NCBI GenBank assembly: GCA_052327205.1
Contig: CM126207.1
Span: 192,634,001-192,698,000 of the forward strand
Direction of reading: 5' to 3'
DNA from: Somniosus microcephalus
Taxonomy: Eukaryota
DNA length: 64,000 nucleotides
Made by a program: the position numbers and the translations under genes. Position 1 is the first letter of the stretch. Each line of letters opens with the position of its first letter. The notes beneath the pieces were generated by a model. That model ran no database searches. It was given only the letters and a program-made list of their open reading frames with translations, and was not told where the DNA came from. This document shows, in pieces, positions 34,726-49,210 of this stretch.

Positions 34726-37292
34726 CAGAAGTGCTTGGAAGTTGGAGCATGCTGTGCAAATCAAATCTCAGACATAACTATCTAGGGATTCCAGTATCTG
34801 GAGTTCAGCTTCATATTTGCACTGTTATCTAATAGCTGCAGAATATATTCTGTGATACGGATTCCCTCTGTCCTGTGCTGCATCCTGAGAATCAGACTCC
34901 GAGTGATTACTCTGACATGTTGAGTTTTAATATTGAATCTACAGTTGGTAAATTCCAGAGATTGCATTGTAGGGTTTTTGACTTGGTTGCTCAAGTTTGA
35001 ATATTCTTAGGTTAGGTGCTGGAGACTCATGACTCTCATGCCAATAGACAATGAGTGAGTCTGCAATAGTTGAATGGAGGAACTGGTGCAGTAACAGACT
35101 ATTGGAGCAAGTAGAATCTAGAGATCTCCCTCTCCTACACGCTGGACTTAAGAGAAGACTGGATGGTACCTCTTAAATCAGACCAGCGGCCTAGCTGAAA
35201 GCTGGTTTCCTATGTAAGCAGAACTGTGATTTGTCATCCCAGCTCTATTAGAATTGCTTACTGCAGCAATTTAGTCACAAGATCAGTGATGCGTTGTAAG
35301 AGTTTTGAGTTGAACAGTTTTTTAATGAAATTTCTGAGCTGCAGATATCAATTCTCTTCCTTTTACTGCATATTAATTGTAGAGCTTTGCTGATTTGGGC
35401 TGTCTATGTAGTTGTTTAATTGGTTCCCACATGGAGTGTTGGCTACTTCTGTTAAGTGGAATGAACACAATTGCTCCAGATAGACTTTCTATTTCTGTGC
35501 ACTAAGCAGTAATCTTGTGCTGTAAATGAAGGCCAGCATATGCACTTGACTATTCATTTGGTCTTGAATAACTGGATCTGCAGTTGAGCAGTTTTTATTC
35601 TACAAGGGCAGGGTGCACGAGAGAAAGAATATCAGAGTTCTGACATTTGCAGTGTAAAAATTGCTTGTTTAGTCACAGTAAAAAAAAATAAAAAAAAATT
35701 GTGTTTTTTTAAAAATTGTCCATTTTCTCTTGTTTGTTCACCCCTGGGCTGCTGTCTCCTGGAGGCATTAACTCCATGCTTGGGCACAGTTGCCCTGGCA
35801 GGCATGTGTTATCTGCCCCAAATGGCTGTTCACATTATATGCCTGACTGTTGGTAGACTATTTGATGGTGATGAGCATCACAGGTCAGCCCAGTGCTGTC
35901 CTCTCCTGCAGGACCTTTGCCGGGCGTCTTCACACAAGGGTTGCTGCATATCGACCAGGAGCAGGCACCTGGGCTGATTTTTGCATCCTTTAACCCAGGG
36001 ATGCTACATGGAATTTCAGTTAATTTTGATTTCCATTTACTGATGTGCATATTCTGACCTTTGTGTAAACATAGACTTGATGCACTGTTTTCATTGTACA
36101 GAACTAGTGGAATAGCACAGTATCAGAATGAGGAGGAGTGAGTGACAAACTACCATAAAAGTGGAGCAGACGTTCCAAAAATAAACCAGACAAAAACAAG
36201 CTAATAGTGATACCACAGAGGGGGAGGGGATGCGAAAGATGGTTTGAGTCTGTCATTTCTTGAGCGGATGTGACTGCTCCTAAATTGCTACTCTGTTAAT
36301 GGTTGCAACATCGCAAATATAACCTATAACTCCAACTGGTTTTCTGTATTGTGCCTCCTTGTTTTGCCCTCTGCACCCATGTGTGTTGAACCACTTTTTA
36401 TGGTGCCTATTGCCTGTTCCTATCATTTCCCTGCATCCTGTGACCTGTTTTATTCCAATTTCTTTGCTTAATGTTGGAAATTTAAAGTGAATCCTCTTGT
36501 GGTCAGTTGACTTCTTTGCTGTTTTGAATTACACACTCAATGTCACTTTTGAAGGTTCTTCCCTTTTACTATCTGATTCCTTTAATGAGATTTGAAGTGT
36601 TGGCCTCCCCTTGCTATTCCCTGACTGCTTTCATTGTTGCCGTTGGTACATACTGGTCATTCTGTGTGTGTGAGTCTAAATAATGAGCAGTGGTAGACTA
36701 TTCAACTAGATGGGGGCAGGGAGCACCACAGCTTAGCTCAACGTTAACACCAGATGTGTAGACAGGCACGTTATCCAGCAGGGTAATGATCAGGTGTGGG
36801 GTTTCCTCCTTGCCAATCTGGAATGGCTGCACCCGCCCCACCCAGAGCCCCAGGTTTCTTGGTGGCGATCAGGGATGTAAGCCAGGGGCTGTGATTTATT
36901 CTGTATAGCCCATTAACATGCAGCAGAATAGGGCTGCTGGTTTATAGGTTAAAACGGGTATTTGACCAGTTTGTTGAATGTAAATCTGAAGTCTGTCACC
37001 ACATTCTCCTAAAGATGCTGCAGTAACCCTGTTTTATCCAGTGCATTAGCTGAATTTGTAATTATAATGAATGAATTTTCTTCAGGAATCTGAAATATTC
37101 CTGAATTTGCCTGTTTGTCAGGAGCTGGGATTTTCCCAGTTTTTTTGTTTTAGTGGAAACTGATGTTTCAGATTGTGATTTTGGGTTGATTGATGTCTCA
37201 TCCACTCTGTTACTAATAATTCCTTTCCTGGATTCTCCTAACACTTCTATAACACTAGCTGCATTGACCTGTTGTACAGTATATGCTAACTT

Positions 37293-37598
37293 CACAGAAT
37301 CACAGAAACCCCACAATGCAGATAGAGGCCATTTCAGCCCATCAAGCCTGCACCGACACATATCCCACCCTATCCCCGTAACCCCACGTATTTAATCCCC
37401 CTAACACTAAGGGTCAATTTATCATAGCCAATCAACCTAACCCGCACATCTTTGGACTGTGGGAGGAAACCGGAGCACCCGGAGGAAACCCACGCAAACA
37501 CGGGGAGAATGTGCAAACTCCACACAGTCACCCGAGGCCGGATTCGAACCCGGGTCCCTGGCGCTGTGAGGCAGCAGTGCTAACCACTATGCCACCGT
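37293..37598 (-). mobile_element. HE1-type V-SINE
   Basis: Near-exact reverse complement of 28695-29052 with one fewer internal ggggttacgggga repeat. Confidence 0.88.
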
Positions 37599-40500
37599 GA
37601 CTGTAACTGCTAGGCATTTCCTCAGAGTAACAGAAAAAGCACCAGAAAAATTTCTGAATTTGTATTCTTTCCAGGGTTTTTCTGATTTACAGGCAGCATC
37701 TGTGGAAACAGCCAATGCTTTGAGCTCATGTCCTTTCCAGAACTGTTCGACTGTCCTTTCCACAGATGTGCACTGATCTGTGTTTCCAGTTTTATTTTTC
37801 TAGATTTCCAGCATTTGCATGTTTTTTTTTCCTGCATTATGTTCAGTGAAGGCTTGGCCCCACCAGGCTGTGTATAAATCCAGTGCTCACTGTTTTAAAC
37901 AACATCTAGATCATTTACCTTGGCACTAATTGCGATTAATGCAGGAAAGGATTACCGCCCTGCAATCGATCTAGCGGTTGTGTAGGCTTTTAGAATTTGT
38001 ACTATTATGAGCTCAGTGACAACCACTGAGGTTGATGGAAATGAGGCTGGGTCAGCATTGGTGCTTACCTGAGTAGTATCAACTTTGGAGTGCTCAGCAG
38101 AATCCAAATGGATGCTGGAAGACATACCTGCTTCCTAAATTCAACAGATGATCTGGGTTTAAGGAATGCTGGTCAGTGCCACATTCCTTTTTTAGTTAAG
38201 TTATCTATTGAAATGTTCTTAAATTAAAATAAGTCAATTTTTCAGTATTCTGGGGACGGGCCAAATGACACACAAATGTAATTGATAATTACGTTTTTCC
38301 TTCAACAAATGAAGTTCATAAAATCTTTTCACGCAAGATTTTTGTCCTGAGGGTAGATGCGTAAGATTCTGTTGTAGCCAAAGGAAAGGCCTGATTTCGG
38401 CATCAAAGCTGGACGAGTGGCACAATCTGAGAGTCCCAAACATTGCTGCCTTGCTCATAAACCTTGCACTGTTTGTTTTGCCTGTTTGTGGCTGACTGCA
38501 ACAAGCAAGTCGGCAGCAAGCAAGAAGCATAAATTTAGCAGCACTGCTGTCACCGTGGTAGCAGTTTAACAATTCTGAAGTGTTGGGCGATGCCTCCATT
38601 CACTAAGTCAAATAGTATAATGTTTGTGGTCTCTGAGGGGAAGGCATCCTTGAGCAGCTCAGTATGTTGCGTGCATGAATGTCCCAACAATTCGACCCAA
38701 CATTTTGTGGTTTCCTTCAGTATAGCATATGCAACAAAAGAACCTGGCAACTGTCGCTCCTTCCCCTAGAATGAAATTGAATTGGCCCAGTTGGTAGTGC
38801 AGTCACCTCTGGGTCTTAAAGTAGACCATTTGAGCAACCGTTAAAGGATTTCAGCTCATTAGACTGATCCGAGAATACTGACAGGTGTCGCCTTTTGAAT
38901 TGGGTGCTCAACAGAGGTCCTGGCTGTTCAGGCAGCATAATCCGAAGAAGAGCAGCGAGTTCTGCTGGTGTACTTTCTCAGCACCAAAAACTGGTTGATC
39001 ATTGCTGTTTGTGGAATGTTGCTGGTACTGAGTGTAGATAACAGCATTTCAATGGTAATTCATTGCATGATGTGTTTTGAGATGTTTCACTATAATTAGC
39101 TGCTGTATAAGTATTAAATCTGCTATGTTGTTTGGGTCAAATTTTCTTCGCCACTGCTTCTCTTTCTTTCTCCCCCCCCCCCCCCCCCCCCCCACAAAAG
39201 AAATTGCATTCTGTTTTCTCTTGTCACAGCCCCTGCAAGTGCTAACACTTGGGTAGCTTATTTGCCTGTGCCATGATCTAGTTTCTTTGCATTGGATCTA
39301 TCTTGCTTTTAGGACATGATTTGCTTTGGGCAGACCTTGGATTTTCATTTTATCTCCATTTTGCCTGCTTTAATTTGCACAGATAGAGGCTGATTCACTT
39401 TCTGGAATAACTGATTAGTACACCAGTTGGTGCAGCTATTCAAGAGAGCTATTGAAGGATTTTTTTTTTTTTTTAAACTTCAAACCTACAGATTGATGTA
39501 CCCACTTCAGGTAGTTTGATATTTTAGATTGGTTTGTTACAGATGACCTGTAAAAGTGAAGGTGCTGAGGGCCTGGGCCTGATTTTAGAAAACGAGATGT
39601 GCAGGTTACCAGGCTCTTGCGCATCTCCTCCTTCATGCTGCAATTTTGCCCTGGGCATGTTTGCTTTCAGCGTTCTACAACTAACATCACTGAGCAAGTA
39701 TACTTTGAGGTGTTCCCCAGTGCAGATGACCATGCCTGTAATGTCATCAAAGGCACCAAAACCTCATGAGAACGAATGGTGAGGTACGCCTATCGACTAA
39801 GTGCTAGCAGTGCTGAAGCTAATGGCTCCCATCAGCTGCATGTATTGTTGGTATGTCACCTTGACCATTGCTGCCCTGTATGGGTGCCCTTCATACAGGG
39901 AAGATCCTGCCAGTTATGAACATGAAGTTGCCTGTGAGCATTTCTATTTTAGAGACTCTACCCTATGAAATGATGGGCTGTTTCATAACATAAAGCAGCC
40001 AATTGAGAGCCGTGACTAACTTCTGGCAATGGACTGCTCTGAAGATGGCTAAGGTAAGAGGAATACCATGGGGAAATTGAATCCATTCACTGGAACCTCC
40101 CAGTTAACTGCTGGTTCTGTATGCTGAAGTTATATTAACCTTCTTAGTAAAGCTTCCAATTAAATGTGAGGAATTTGGATTTAAATAGACCTGGTAATTC
40201 TGGTGAGCAGCTGGTACCTTCTAACAGGAGGGCTCGGGAATGGGTGCCTCATTCTTAATTATGTATATTGCTGATTTTTTTTTTTAACTAGTCTGACAGT
40301 CTTCATGGAAATTTCGCAACTTATCTTTTTTGAAAGTTGCAGTGCAATCCGAGCAAGTCATTTACTTGCATTTGTTCTTCAGTTGGACTTATGTATTGCA
40401 CAAGTTTACAAAATTCCAAATTGCTGGCCAGAAGTTTACTCCCAAACTTTTATTGGCCTGATCTGTCCTCACCTCTGACTCCCTCCTTTTGTTAGAACAT

Positions 40501-42934
40501 TTGCTATTTTGGATTTTTTTCTGACAACATCTGGTTATTCTGGTGCCTCTTACTGAAATGGCTTCCTGTTTACTCCTCCACACATTTGTCCTTTGCACTT
40601 GGCTTGGTTTGCTTTCAATCAATGTCACTGCAGTATTGTGCAGGCTGGAGCACGTCAGCATTGTTGGTAATTCTGTTTGTACTATTGGGAATGTTTGCGG
40701 ACCTTGATTTTGCCTGTATGCTTTTAGGATGATCTATTTTATTAATCCGTCTGAGGGTGAGGGAACTGTTGCTGTCTCAGATTAATCTTGCATGGCTTTG
40801 GGCAAGTTGTTTCAATTGGTTAGAGCCCATGATTGAAGGAGCTGAGCCCTTGTCCGTGATGAGTCTTCCATTATGAAAGCTCCTTCATGCACTTGGATTC
40901 TCTTGTTTTGTGGAGGAAATTCTGGGATTATAGAGCCATCTGCTCATATCTAGGGGGTGGGTTAGTGGTATTGAGCCATATAGACCAGGGAGATCGCAGG
41001 TTCAGTCTCTGGTGGGTGTTGTTATCCAGTCTGAACTGGGCCAGTGGTGAAGCTATGGCAATTGCCCTTTGCCTGCCTGCGCTAGGGAAGGGAAAACCCC
41101 TCGTGGTGGAGGGGTTCCACTACTGATTTTCTATCAGATAACCCTTGCTGGATAGTATATGTGTTTTGATGTTGAGAATAAGATGGACTTGTTTATTATA
41201 CCCTCATGTAGTGCCCATTGAATTATATCAAAGCACGAGTCACTGTCTTAGGCAGAGGAGCAGTAAAGGATAAAACTGGGCAAAAATGTAACTGATGTTA
41301 AAAGGACACTAGGTGTAATGTATGCTCAAGTTGCCTGTGACCTGTGTATGTTGAAGCTGGGGGCAGTCTGTGTATGCACACACATTGATGTGTGAGGGAG
41401 GAACAACCAACTAATCTTGCTAGATGGTGCTTCTGGAAGTCCAGGGGGTCAGGGCGCATTAATCAGGCTGGAGGAATCTTCTCTTGCAGCATGCAACCTG
41501 GACTTAAAGTGGGATGAACCCAGCTGCACCACAAATGTTTTGAAAGTGGCAGTATAAAATCATCTGGAAAAGGTCAGTCTTGGGGTAAAGATTGGGTTTG
41601 TTGCTGTCTGACAGGATAGGCATCCTTGTTTTATCCTTTCAAATGTAATTAAAAACATTGTTTAGCATTTTGAGAGCTGTAATGGGTCCAAATACTCCTG
41701 AAGTGCAAATTCCAAGCATGGTTATGCAGCTTTCCGGTTGATTCTTGGGCTTTAATTCCATGTGCGGACTGTTGCAGCAGCTAATGGCTATATAGGGCTT
41801 CGTGATGCATTTACTAATAGAAGCTATTTGAGATGAAAGTGTTCAGGCAATCTGATTATGTATGCTCACCTCATTGTGCTAACTATTGCATGCCTGTGTA
41901 GAAACTAATTGGATTCTAACCCTCTGATGTCTAGCATGGGAAAAGGGGCAGTCTGTTGAACTCTTGTTTATTGAAAGCAAATATGGCACTAATGTAGGAA
42001 ATTGCTGTGGTACAGCCCCCACCCAGTACTATTCTCGTCAGGATCTACACTATCTGGGCTGTGAGCCTCAGATGAATGAACCCCAAGTTAAAGGAATGAG
42101 CCTTGGTGTAGTACTGTAATGTGCGAGGCTCTGCAATGACAGGACCTGGGAAGTCGTATATGGGACAACAGATAGTGAGTCACCGGCTTTTGTCAAGAGG
42201 TTTAGATGATTGTGTCAAAGGTTGATGGCAGAAGCAGCTTATAATGGATATGACAGTGTTTATTACAACTTTGAACCAGTTTGGCAATATTTTTAGTCAA
42301 GTTCATGAGCTTTATTTTGTTTTGCCCATGATGTCTTTAATGAGTTTGGGTGGTTTTGGAAGTGCAACTTTGTAACTGGTATTTAGGTCGTTCAGGGCTC
42401 ACTATGTATAATTGTTTGCACATATATAATCTGTAGTAGTTCTCCTGCAATGCTACTTATTGGGAAATCGAGGATATGGGCTGTTATAAGGAAGTGGATC
42501 TTATGCATTGGTTATGGTAGATGGGACAATATGGTTTGTGGCAGCTGGCTGTTTTGTTTGTAAGGATTGCGGTATGTGGGAGTAATGAAGTGGTTGGGGT
42601 ATTGAGTTGCAGAGGTGGTGAGAATTGGTAAGGAAACTATTGAGGATTTTTGAAGTATTTAGTGTAGCAAATGGGAAGGAAGCATCAGGGAGTAGTTGAG
42701 GGATGCAGAAAGTAATGGAGTAGTGAGTATAGGGGGGTTGGAGTAGTGAGAAATTGGAACTTGTGTACTTGGAATTTGGAGGGAAAAAAGATAGTGACAG
42801 GAATTGAAAGAGAAAAACAGAGAGCAGACCTTTGAAATAAGACTGTGGGGGAGAGGCCTTTTAAAAGTACATCACCATTGGGGTGTCCTTCACGAGCTCA
42901 GGAATGGCATCAGTGAAGCTCCGGCCTCCCACCT

Positions 42935-43200
42935 TCCGTAAACCTTGGCTCATCCAAAACTCTGCTGCCCATAGCCTAACTCGCACCAAGTCCTGTTCAC
43001 CCATCACTCCTGTGTTCATTGATCTACACTGGCACCCGGTCTGGCAACGCCTCGAATTTAAAATTCTCATTTTTGTGTTCACATCTCTCCGTGGCCTCTC
43101 GCCTCCCTCTCTCTCTAACCTCCTCCAGTCCTACAACCGTCCACGATCGCTGCGCTCCTCCAATTCTGGCCTCTTGCGCATCCCTGATTTTCATCGCCCC
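42935..43200 (+). mobile_element. L2 LINE fragment
   Basis: LIQNSAA.SLTRTK..SPITPV..DLHW.PV.QRLEFKIL; similar to 7420-7680. Confidence 0.75.
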
Positions 43201-44269
43201 AGTGTGACTCATCAAGCGGAGAAACCTACAAAGGGATTAGTGACGAGAGCTGCTCAGCAAACCTTTCTTCAGACTGCTAATGTTCCTTTACTCAGGTTGT
43301 GTCTCTCCTTTATTTGTTAGCACAGATGGATGTGAGTCCACAGGACCCACTCATAAGTGGTGGGTACTTAATGCTTGAGTATTTGAAAAAATGCCTGCGG
43401 GTAAATTTAACTTTTATTGCCGGGCAAAAAAAAACGGCCAATAGCAAATCATCTGCCTGTTTTACACCCAGAAAGATTTTCTTTTCCATTGAACGCAGAC
43501 ATGTCCTACTATTATTGCCCAGACCACCCCATAACCAAACGTCCAGCCTCAGACAGACACCATGACCGTTCCCCAGACATGGACCGACCCCATTATTATC
43601 GCTGGTACTCAGACAGACCTCATTACTGCATTACCATTGGCCACACTCAGACTGACCCATAGCCATTGCCCGGGCCGGATAGAGCCCGCTGTTATTTCCC
43701 AATTCAAACATACCTTTACTCGATAATCTTCATTGACGAGGAAGCTGGTGCTACTAATACAGCAATGAAGTCTGGCTTTCTCTTGAGACTGATGCAGCCT
43801 GAAATTAAACACAAGTCACCTTTCCACGTGAGCCACAGAGGTTCTCTGCCGATACTTACCCCACATTCTAAGATGCAAAGCAATGACACAAGTTAACGGT
43901 CATTAGCAAAGAAGAAGCATCTTCCCCAGGGAGACTGGGCAGACACAAAGGCATTTCCTTCTGTAATCGCGGATTTGCAAGAGGTTTGGCCACTGAGAAG
44001 TACTTCACTGAATGTAGTGGGGTGCCCACATTCCTACTCTGTCTCAGGGCACAGACTGACCCATTTTTCATTACCAAGCTCAGATGACATTGAAAACTAC
44101 CTGCATTTATATAGCATCTTTAACGTAGTGAAATGTCCCAAGGGGCTTCACAGGAGCGTTATCAAACAAAATTTGACACCGAGCCACATAACGAGATATT
44201 AGGACAGGGAGGTCAGAATTGGAGGAACTGAGTAAGCCAGTTTGCTGAGACACTTAACAGGTTGGTGTA

Positions 44270-44504
44270 CTCTTTTGGTTGGGTGCACTAAAACAATTAA
44301 ACTGTAACTAATAAAACATTAAAGGAAACTTAACAACTTAAATTAAAATTTGATTGGCTGGGGTGATGATGCACTCCAGTCCCCGCGGCGCCCACTGGTC
44401 GCGGAAGGCCTCGAGTGTGCCGGCAGACACCGCGTGCTCCATCTCCAGGGCCACCCGGGTGTGAACGTGGCCGCGGAAGAGAGGCAGACAGTTGGGCCGA
44501 GTGA
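44270..44504 (-). mobile_element. 5'-truncated Tx1-clade LINE with 14-bp TSD
   Basis: Same C-terminus as the 26.8-28.6 kb units; flanked by direct repeat AACAGGTTGGTGTA at 44256-44269 and 44505-44518. Confidence 0.82.
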
Positions 44505-44774
44505 AACAGGTTGGTGTAATGATACTGACTGTTGTTGCCGGAGTCCGAAGGGGCATAAGATCTAGTTAGGTTAAGGAAATACCCAGTGCAAACCTAGAGG
44601 GAGAGGTGGGTCCTGGCAAAGCGATGCCCAGACCTTTACACTGTTCACTCTATCTAGTGCCGGCACTTCAGTCAAGCTCTTCTGGTAGCCAGAGGCACAC
44701 AATTCCTACTGATAAAGGGGAGGGGAATCTGTCTCTACAGCTTTACATTTACATGGAGATCCGGTGGCAGTTCA

Positions 44775-45095
44775 CGAGATGTAGGGGAGTCCAAAACTAG
44801 GGGCCATAAATATAAGATAGGCTCTAATAAATCCACGAGTGAATTCAGGAGAAACTTCTTTACCCCGAGAATGGTTAGAATGCGGAACTTGCTACCACAA
44901 GGAGTAGTTGAGGTGAACAGCATAGATGCATTTAAGGGGAAGCTAGATAAACACATGAGGGAGAAAGGAATAGAAGGATATGCTGATAGGGTGAGATGAA
45001 GTAGGGTGGGAGGAGGCTTGTGTAGAGCATAAACACCGGCACAGACCTGTTGGGCCGAATAGCCTGTTATGCGCTGTAAATTCTTCTATGTAATT
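44775..45095 (+). mobile_element. CR1 3' end
   Basis: aaaactaggggccataaatataag...aggagaaacttcttt...ttgggccgaatagcctg. Confidence 0.7.
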
Positions 45096-45984
45096 CTAAA
45101 GTTCCCCCACTTTATATTGGAGTGTCGTTGGCTGCAGGGGTTTAAATTGTCCCCAAAGCTGCTGCGTTCACCAAGGGCCACCGTGACGCTTTCTACAGAG
45201 TCGGATATTACACGGTGTGGGATTGCAGAAGATGCAGTCAGTTTTCCAAAATAGCTGCTTGGCTCACCAGTAAACGCCTCTGGCGGTGTCCAGTGACATC
45301 CGAACCCGCATTGACCAAGGGAGTGGCTGCTTGCTGCCAAGTACTTTCTTCAGGGTCCCGTGTTCACAGTGCTCCATCACGATCAAAAACTCCGACCTGT
45401 GAGCTAAGAACACAGATACAGGTTGTTAACTCACTGTGCAAGAGGCTTCTGCCTGGTTTTCAAATGCAATTGCCTAAGCAGTGGGACTACAAGCGGGGTA
45501 GCAGTATTGCAGGTACCTTCCACTCAGGCCCACAGCTTTCTATATGAAATGAGGTTGCCACGTGTCCAGTTTTGAACTGAAGACTCCAGCTTTTGCTTGG
45601 GCCTATAACCCATGTGAGTCAACTGAGTTACAGGACACGGTGAAGGGTATGAGAGTAGAAATTGGCCATTGTAAATTCCTAAAATATTTTATATATAACT
45701 CCTAAAACATTCAACTCCTATTATATACATGTTATTTCTTCCTTTCTTCTGGATCTGGTGAAGTGGAGCCATTAGTTAATATGGTTTTCAACTATATTTC
45801 ATTCACATCAGAACTTTAGTCATAATCCACCCCATGCCCCTCCCACTCCTCCGCCGTTGGGTTCTGATTTGGGCAGAAAAGTGGTAATCCTACAGATGAC
45901 TGGGGGGAGGGGAGAAAAGGCTCTATCCAGGACTGTTGTTCAGCCTCAGTGAAATTCCCCATTCAGATTTCCCAGTAAAGGATC

Positions 45985-47670
45985 TAGAACATAAGAAGTA
46001 GGAGCAGGAGTAGGCCATACGGCCCCTCGGGCCTGCTCCGCCATTCAATAGGATCATGGCTGATCCGAACCTAGACTCACGTCCACTTCCCTGCCCTCTC
46101 CCCGTAACCCCTAATTCCCTTATCTGCTAGGTGACTGTCAATCTCTGTTTTAAATTTATTTAATGTTGCAGCTTCCACAGCTCTCTGGGGTAGCAAATTC
46201 CATAGATTTACTACCCTCTGAGTGAAGAAGTTTCTCCTCATCTCAGTTTTGAAATGGCAGCCCCTTATTCTAAGATTATGCCCCCTAGTTCTAGTCTCAC
46301 CCATCAGTGGAAACATCCTCACCGAATCCACCCGATCAAGCCCCCTCACAATCTTATATGTTTCGATAAGATCGCCTCTCATTCTTCTGAACTCCAATGA
46401 GTAGAGGCCCAACCTACTTAACCTTTCCTCATACGTCAACCCCCTCATCTCCGGAATCAACCGAGTGAACCTTCTCTGAACCGCCTCGAGAGCAAGTATA
46501 TCTTTTCTTAAATATGGAAACCAAAACTGCACGCAGTATTCCAGGTGTGGCCTCACCAATACCCTGTATAGCCCCCTGTTTGTCCAGTGTTGGGATATTT
46601 TTAGTGTCCTCTACTGTAAAGACTGATACAAAATATTGGTTCAGCGTTTTTGCCATCTCCATGTTCCCCACCACTAGTTTCCCGGTCTCATCCTCTAAGG
46701 GACCAATGTTCACTTTTGCCACCCTTTTTCTTTTTATATAACTGTAGAAACTATTGCTATCCGTTTTTATATTTTTTGCTAGTTTACTTTCATAATCTAT
46801 CTTCCCTTTCTTAATTAATCTTTTAGTTATTCTTTGCTGGCTTTTAAATACTTCCCAATCTTCTATCCTCCCACTAGATTTGGCTACTTTATATGCCCTT
46901 GTTTTCAGTTGGATACTATCCTTTATTACTTTACTAAACCACGGACGGCTATCTTTTCTTTTACTCCCCTTTTTCCTCAGTGGAATATATTTTTCTTGAA
47001 AGTTGTGAAATATCTCCTTGAATGTAGACCACTGCTCTTGTACCGTCCTACACTTTAATCTATTTTCCCAGTCCACTTTAGTCAATTCTACTCTCATACC
47101 TTCATAGTCTCCTTTATTTAAGCTCAGTACGCTGGTTTGAGATCCAACTCTCTCACCCTCCAACTGAATTTGGAATTCAACCATGTTATGGTCACTCATT
47201 CCAAGGGGATCCTTTACTGGGACATTTTTTATTAATCCTGTCTCATTACACAGGACCAGATCTAAGATTGCCTGCCCCCTGGTTGGTTCAGTTACATACT
47301 GCTCAAGGGACCCGTCCCTAATGCACTCTATGAACTCTTCCTCAAGGCTGCCATGCCCAATTTGATTAGTCCAGTCAATATGAAAGTTAAAATCCCCCAT
47401 GATTATAGCTGTCCCCTTATTACAAGCCCCAACTATTTCCTGATTTATACTCCGACCAACAGAGTTGCAACTGTTAGGAGGCCTATAGACTACACCCACT
47501 AGTGACTTTTTCCCCTTATTATTCCTTATCTCCACCCAAACTGTTTCACTATCCTGATCCTTTGACCCAATATCATTTCTGACTATTGCAGTGATTCCAT
47601 CCTTGATTAACATAGCAACCCCACCTCCCTTTCCTTCCTGTCTGTCCTTCCTAATTGTCAAATACCCCTG
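45985..47670 (-). mobile_element. CR1 LINE with internal deletion (endonuclease joined to ORF2 C-terminus, RT core missing)
   Basis: ORF 47724-46429 has APE motifs (VYRPP, MGDFN, LDLV, SDHN); joins near 46570 to VRPHLEYCVQFW (ORF 46559-46077). Confidence 0.85.
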
Positions 47671-48361
47671 TATGCAAGAGGGATATTTCTGGTCAAATTT
47701 ACAGGCTTTATTTTGTATTTGCAAATAGTGTCTTTAATGAGTTTGGGTGGTTTTGGAAGTGTAACTTTGTAATGGGTATCCAGGTGGTTTAGAGATTACT
47801 GTATGTATAATTCTTTTCACATTATCTATACTAGTTCTGCTGTAACGCTGCTCTAAGAAGCAACAGAAAAGGATTAAATCCAGCAAAACAGCTTAAATGG
47901 CCTCTACTATTTCAGTAAGTGGTGCAGGAAAGCTAGCTCAGAAGTAGTTAGGAGGTGCATGTGGGAAGACCAAGGAGGGGGTTGGTCACGTGAGGGGAAT
48001 ATACCAACGAGAAATAACCATATATATTAAAGGCTTTTGATAATTAAAAATAAACCTTTTAAGACTTGGAAGCATGAGTTCCAGGCCTGACAAAAACATG
48101 ACCGTGTAACATGCATGCTGTTCCAAGCTTTTAAATATATTATTACAGTAGATAGATATAGCACTGGAGAGGGATGATGTAATTGAGGGGCCAAAGATTG
48201 GTTTAATTTAAGGAATAATAGAGGAGCTGTTATGCTACTGGGTGTAGACTACAGGCCACCAAATTGTGGGAAGGAAATATCGGAGCAAATTTGCAAGCAA
48301 TTTACAGAAAAATGCAAGAACTACAGAGTTGTGATAATAGGAGACTTCAATGATCCTAATA

Positions 48362-48693
48362 CAGGAAACTTTGTGATATCCGGCACTGACGGGACCGGCG
48401 TGTTGCCGATCTATCAAAACTGCCGGACATACAAAGTTAATGTTGAAGCATACGGAGGTTTTCATCTCTGTATCTGACAACAAACACTGTTGCTTAGCAA
48501 CAGCTTCTAAAGAGTCGGCTGCAGCTGCAAGCGTCTCTAGCTGAAGCTGTTGCTATAGCTACAGACCTTGCAGTGCCTGACTGGGAAAAGAAAAGAACGA
48601 GAACTAAAAAAACTTATAGAAAACGGCTCCTGATTTTTGCCGTTAGATTGAGTATTCCAGACATACAACCTCCAGATAAACCAAAGTTTCCTG
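48362..48693. mobile_element. MITE / non-autonomous Tc1-mariner (pogo/Tigger-like) DNA transposon
   Basis: Terminal inverted repeats CAGGAAACTTTG / CAAAGTTTCCTG flanked by TA on both sides; removing it restores the CR1 sequence cctaatatagactgg (PNIDW). Confidence 0.8.
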
Positions 48694-48839
48694 TATAGAC
48701 TGGGATAGTAACAGTGTAAAGGGCAAAGAAGGGGAGGAATTCCTGAAATGTGTGCAAGAGAACTTTCTTGATCAGTGTGTTTCTAGCCCAATGAGGAATG
48801 AAGCAGTGCTGGATCTAGTTCTGAGGAATGTAGTAAGTC

Positions 48840-49210
48840 ATGGTGTGGAGATGCTGGTGTTGGACTGGGGTGGACAAATGTAAGAAATCACACACCAGGT
48901 TATAGTCCAACAGCTTTACTTGAAATCACAAGCTTTCGGAGTGCTGCTCCTTCGTCGGGTGAAGTGGAGAGATGCATAAAAACACAGCTTATATAGTCAG
49001 AATAATGTCAGACGTTTACAGGTAATCTTTCTAACTGCCATTTATCACACCTCGGCAGAGAGATAATCACAGCAATCAAAGGTGTAAATGGTGTCCAAAC
49101 AGGTCAGTCAGGAAAACATTACATCAAAGAGCAATGAGGTGGGGTCACAAGGGGTCAAATGTTGCAGATGCTGGGGTCTATGAAAAACAAAAGCAGACAA
49201 AAAACAGGTA
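48840..49210 (-). mobile_element. Penelope-like 3' / pseudo-LTR fragment with hammerhead-like core
   Basis: Minus strand at ~48930-48960 reads ccgacgaaggagcagcactccgaaagc (CUGANGA-stem-GAAA-like, with a mismatch). Confidence 0.55.

Noticed and set aside
33300-42900. Further GLG1 exons or other genes among the many 60-120 aa ORFs
   Set aside because: No recognisable protein motifs, and I did not find the expected short exon 2 by eye; a tiny exon could have been missed
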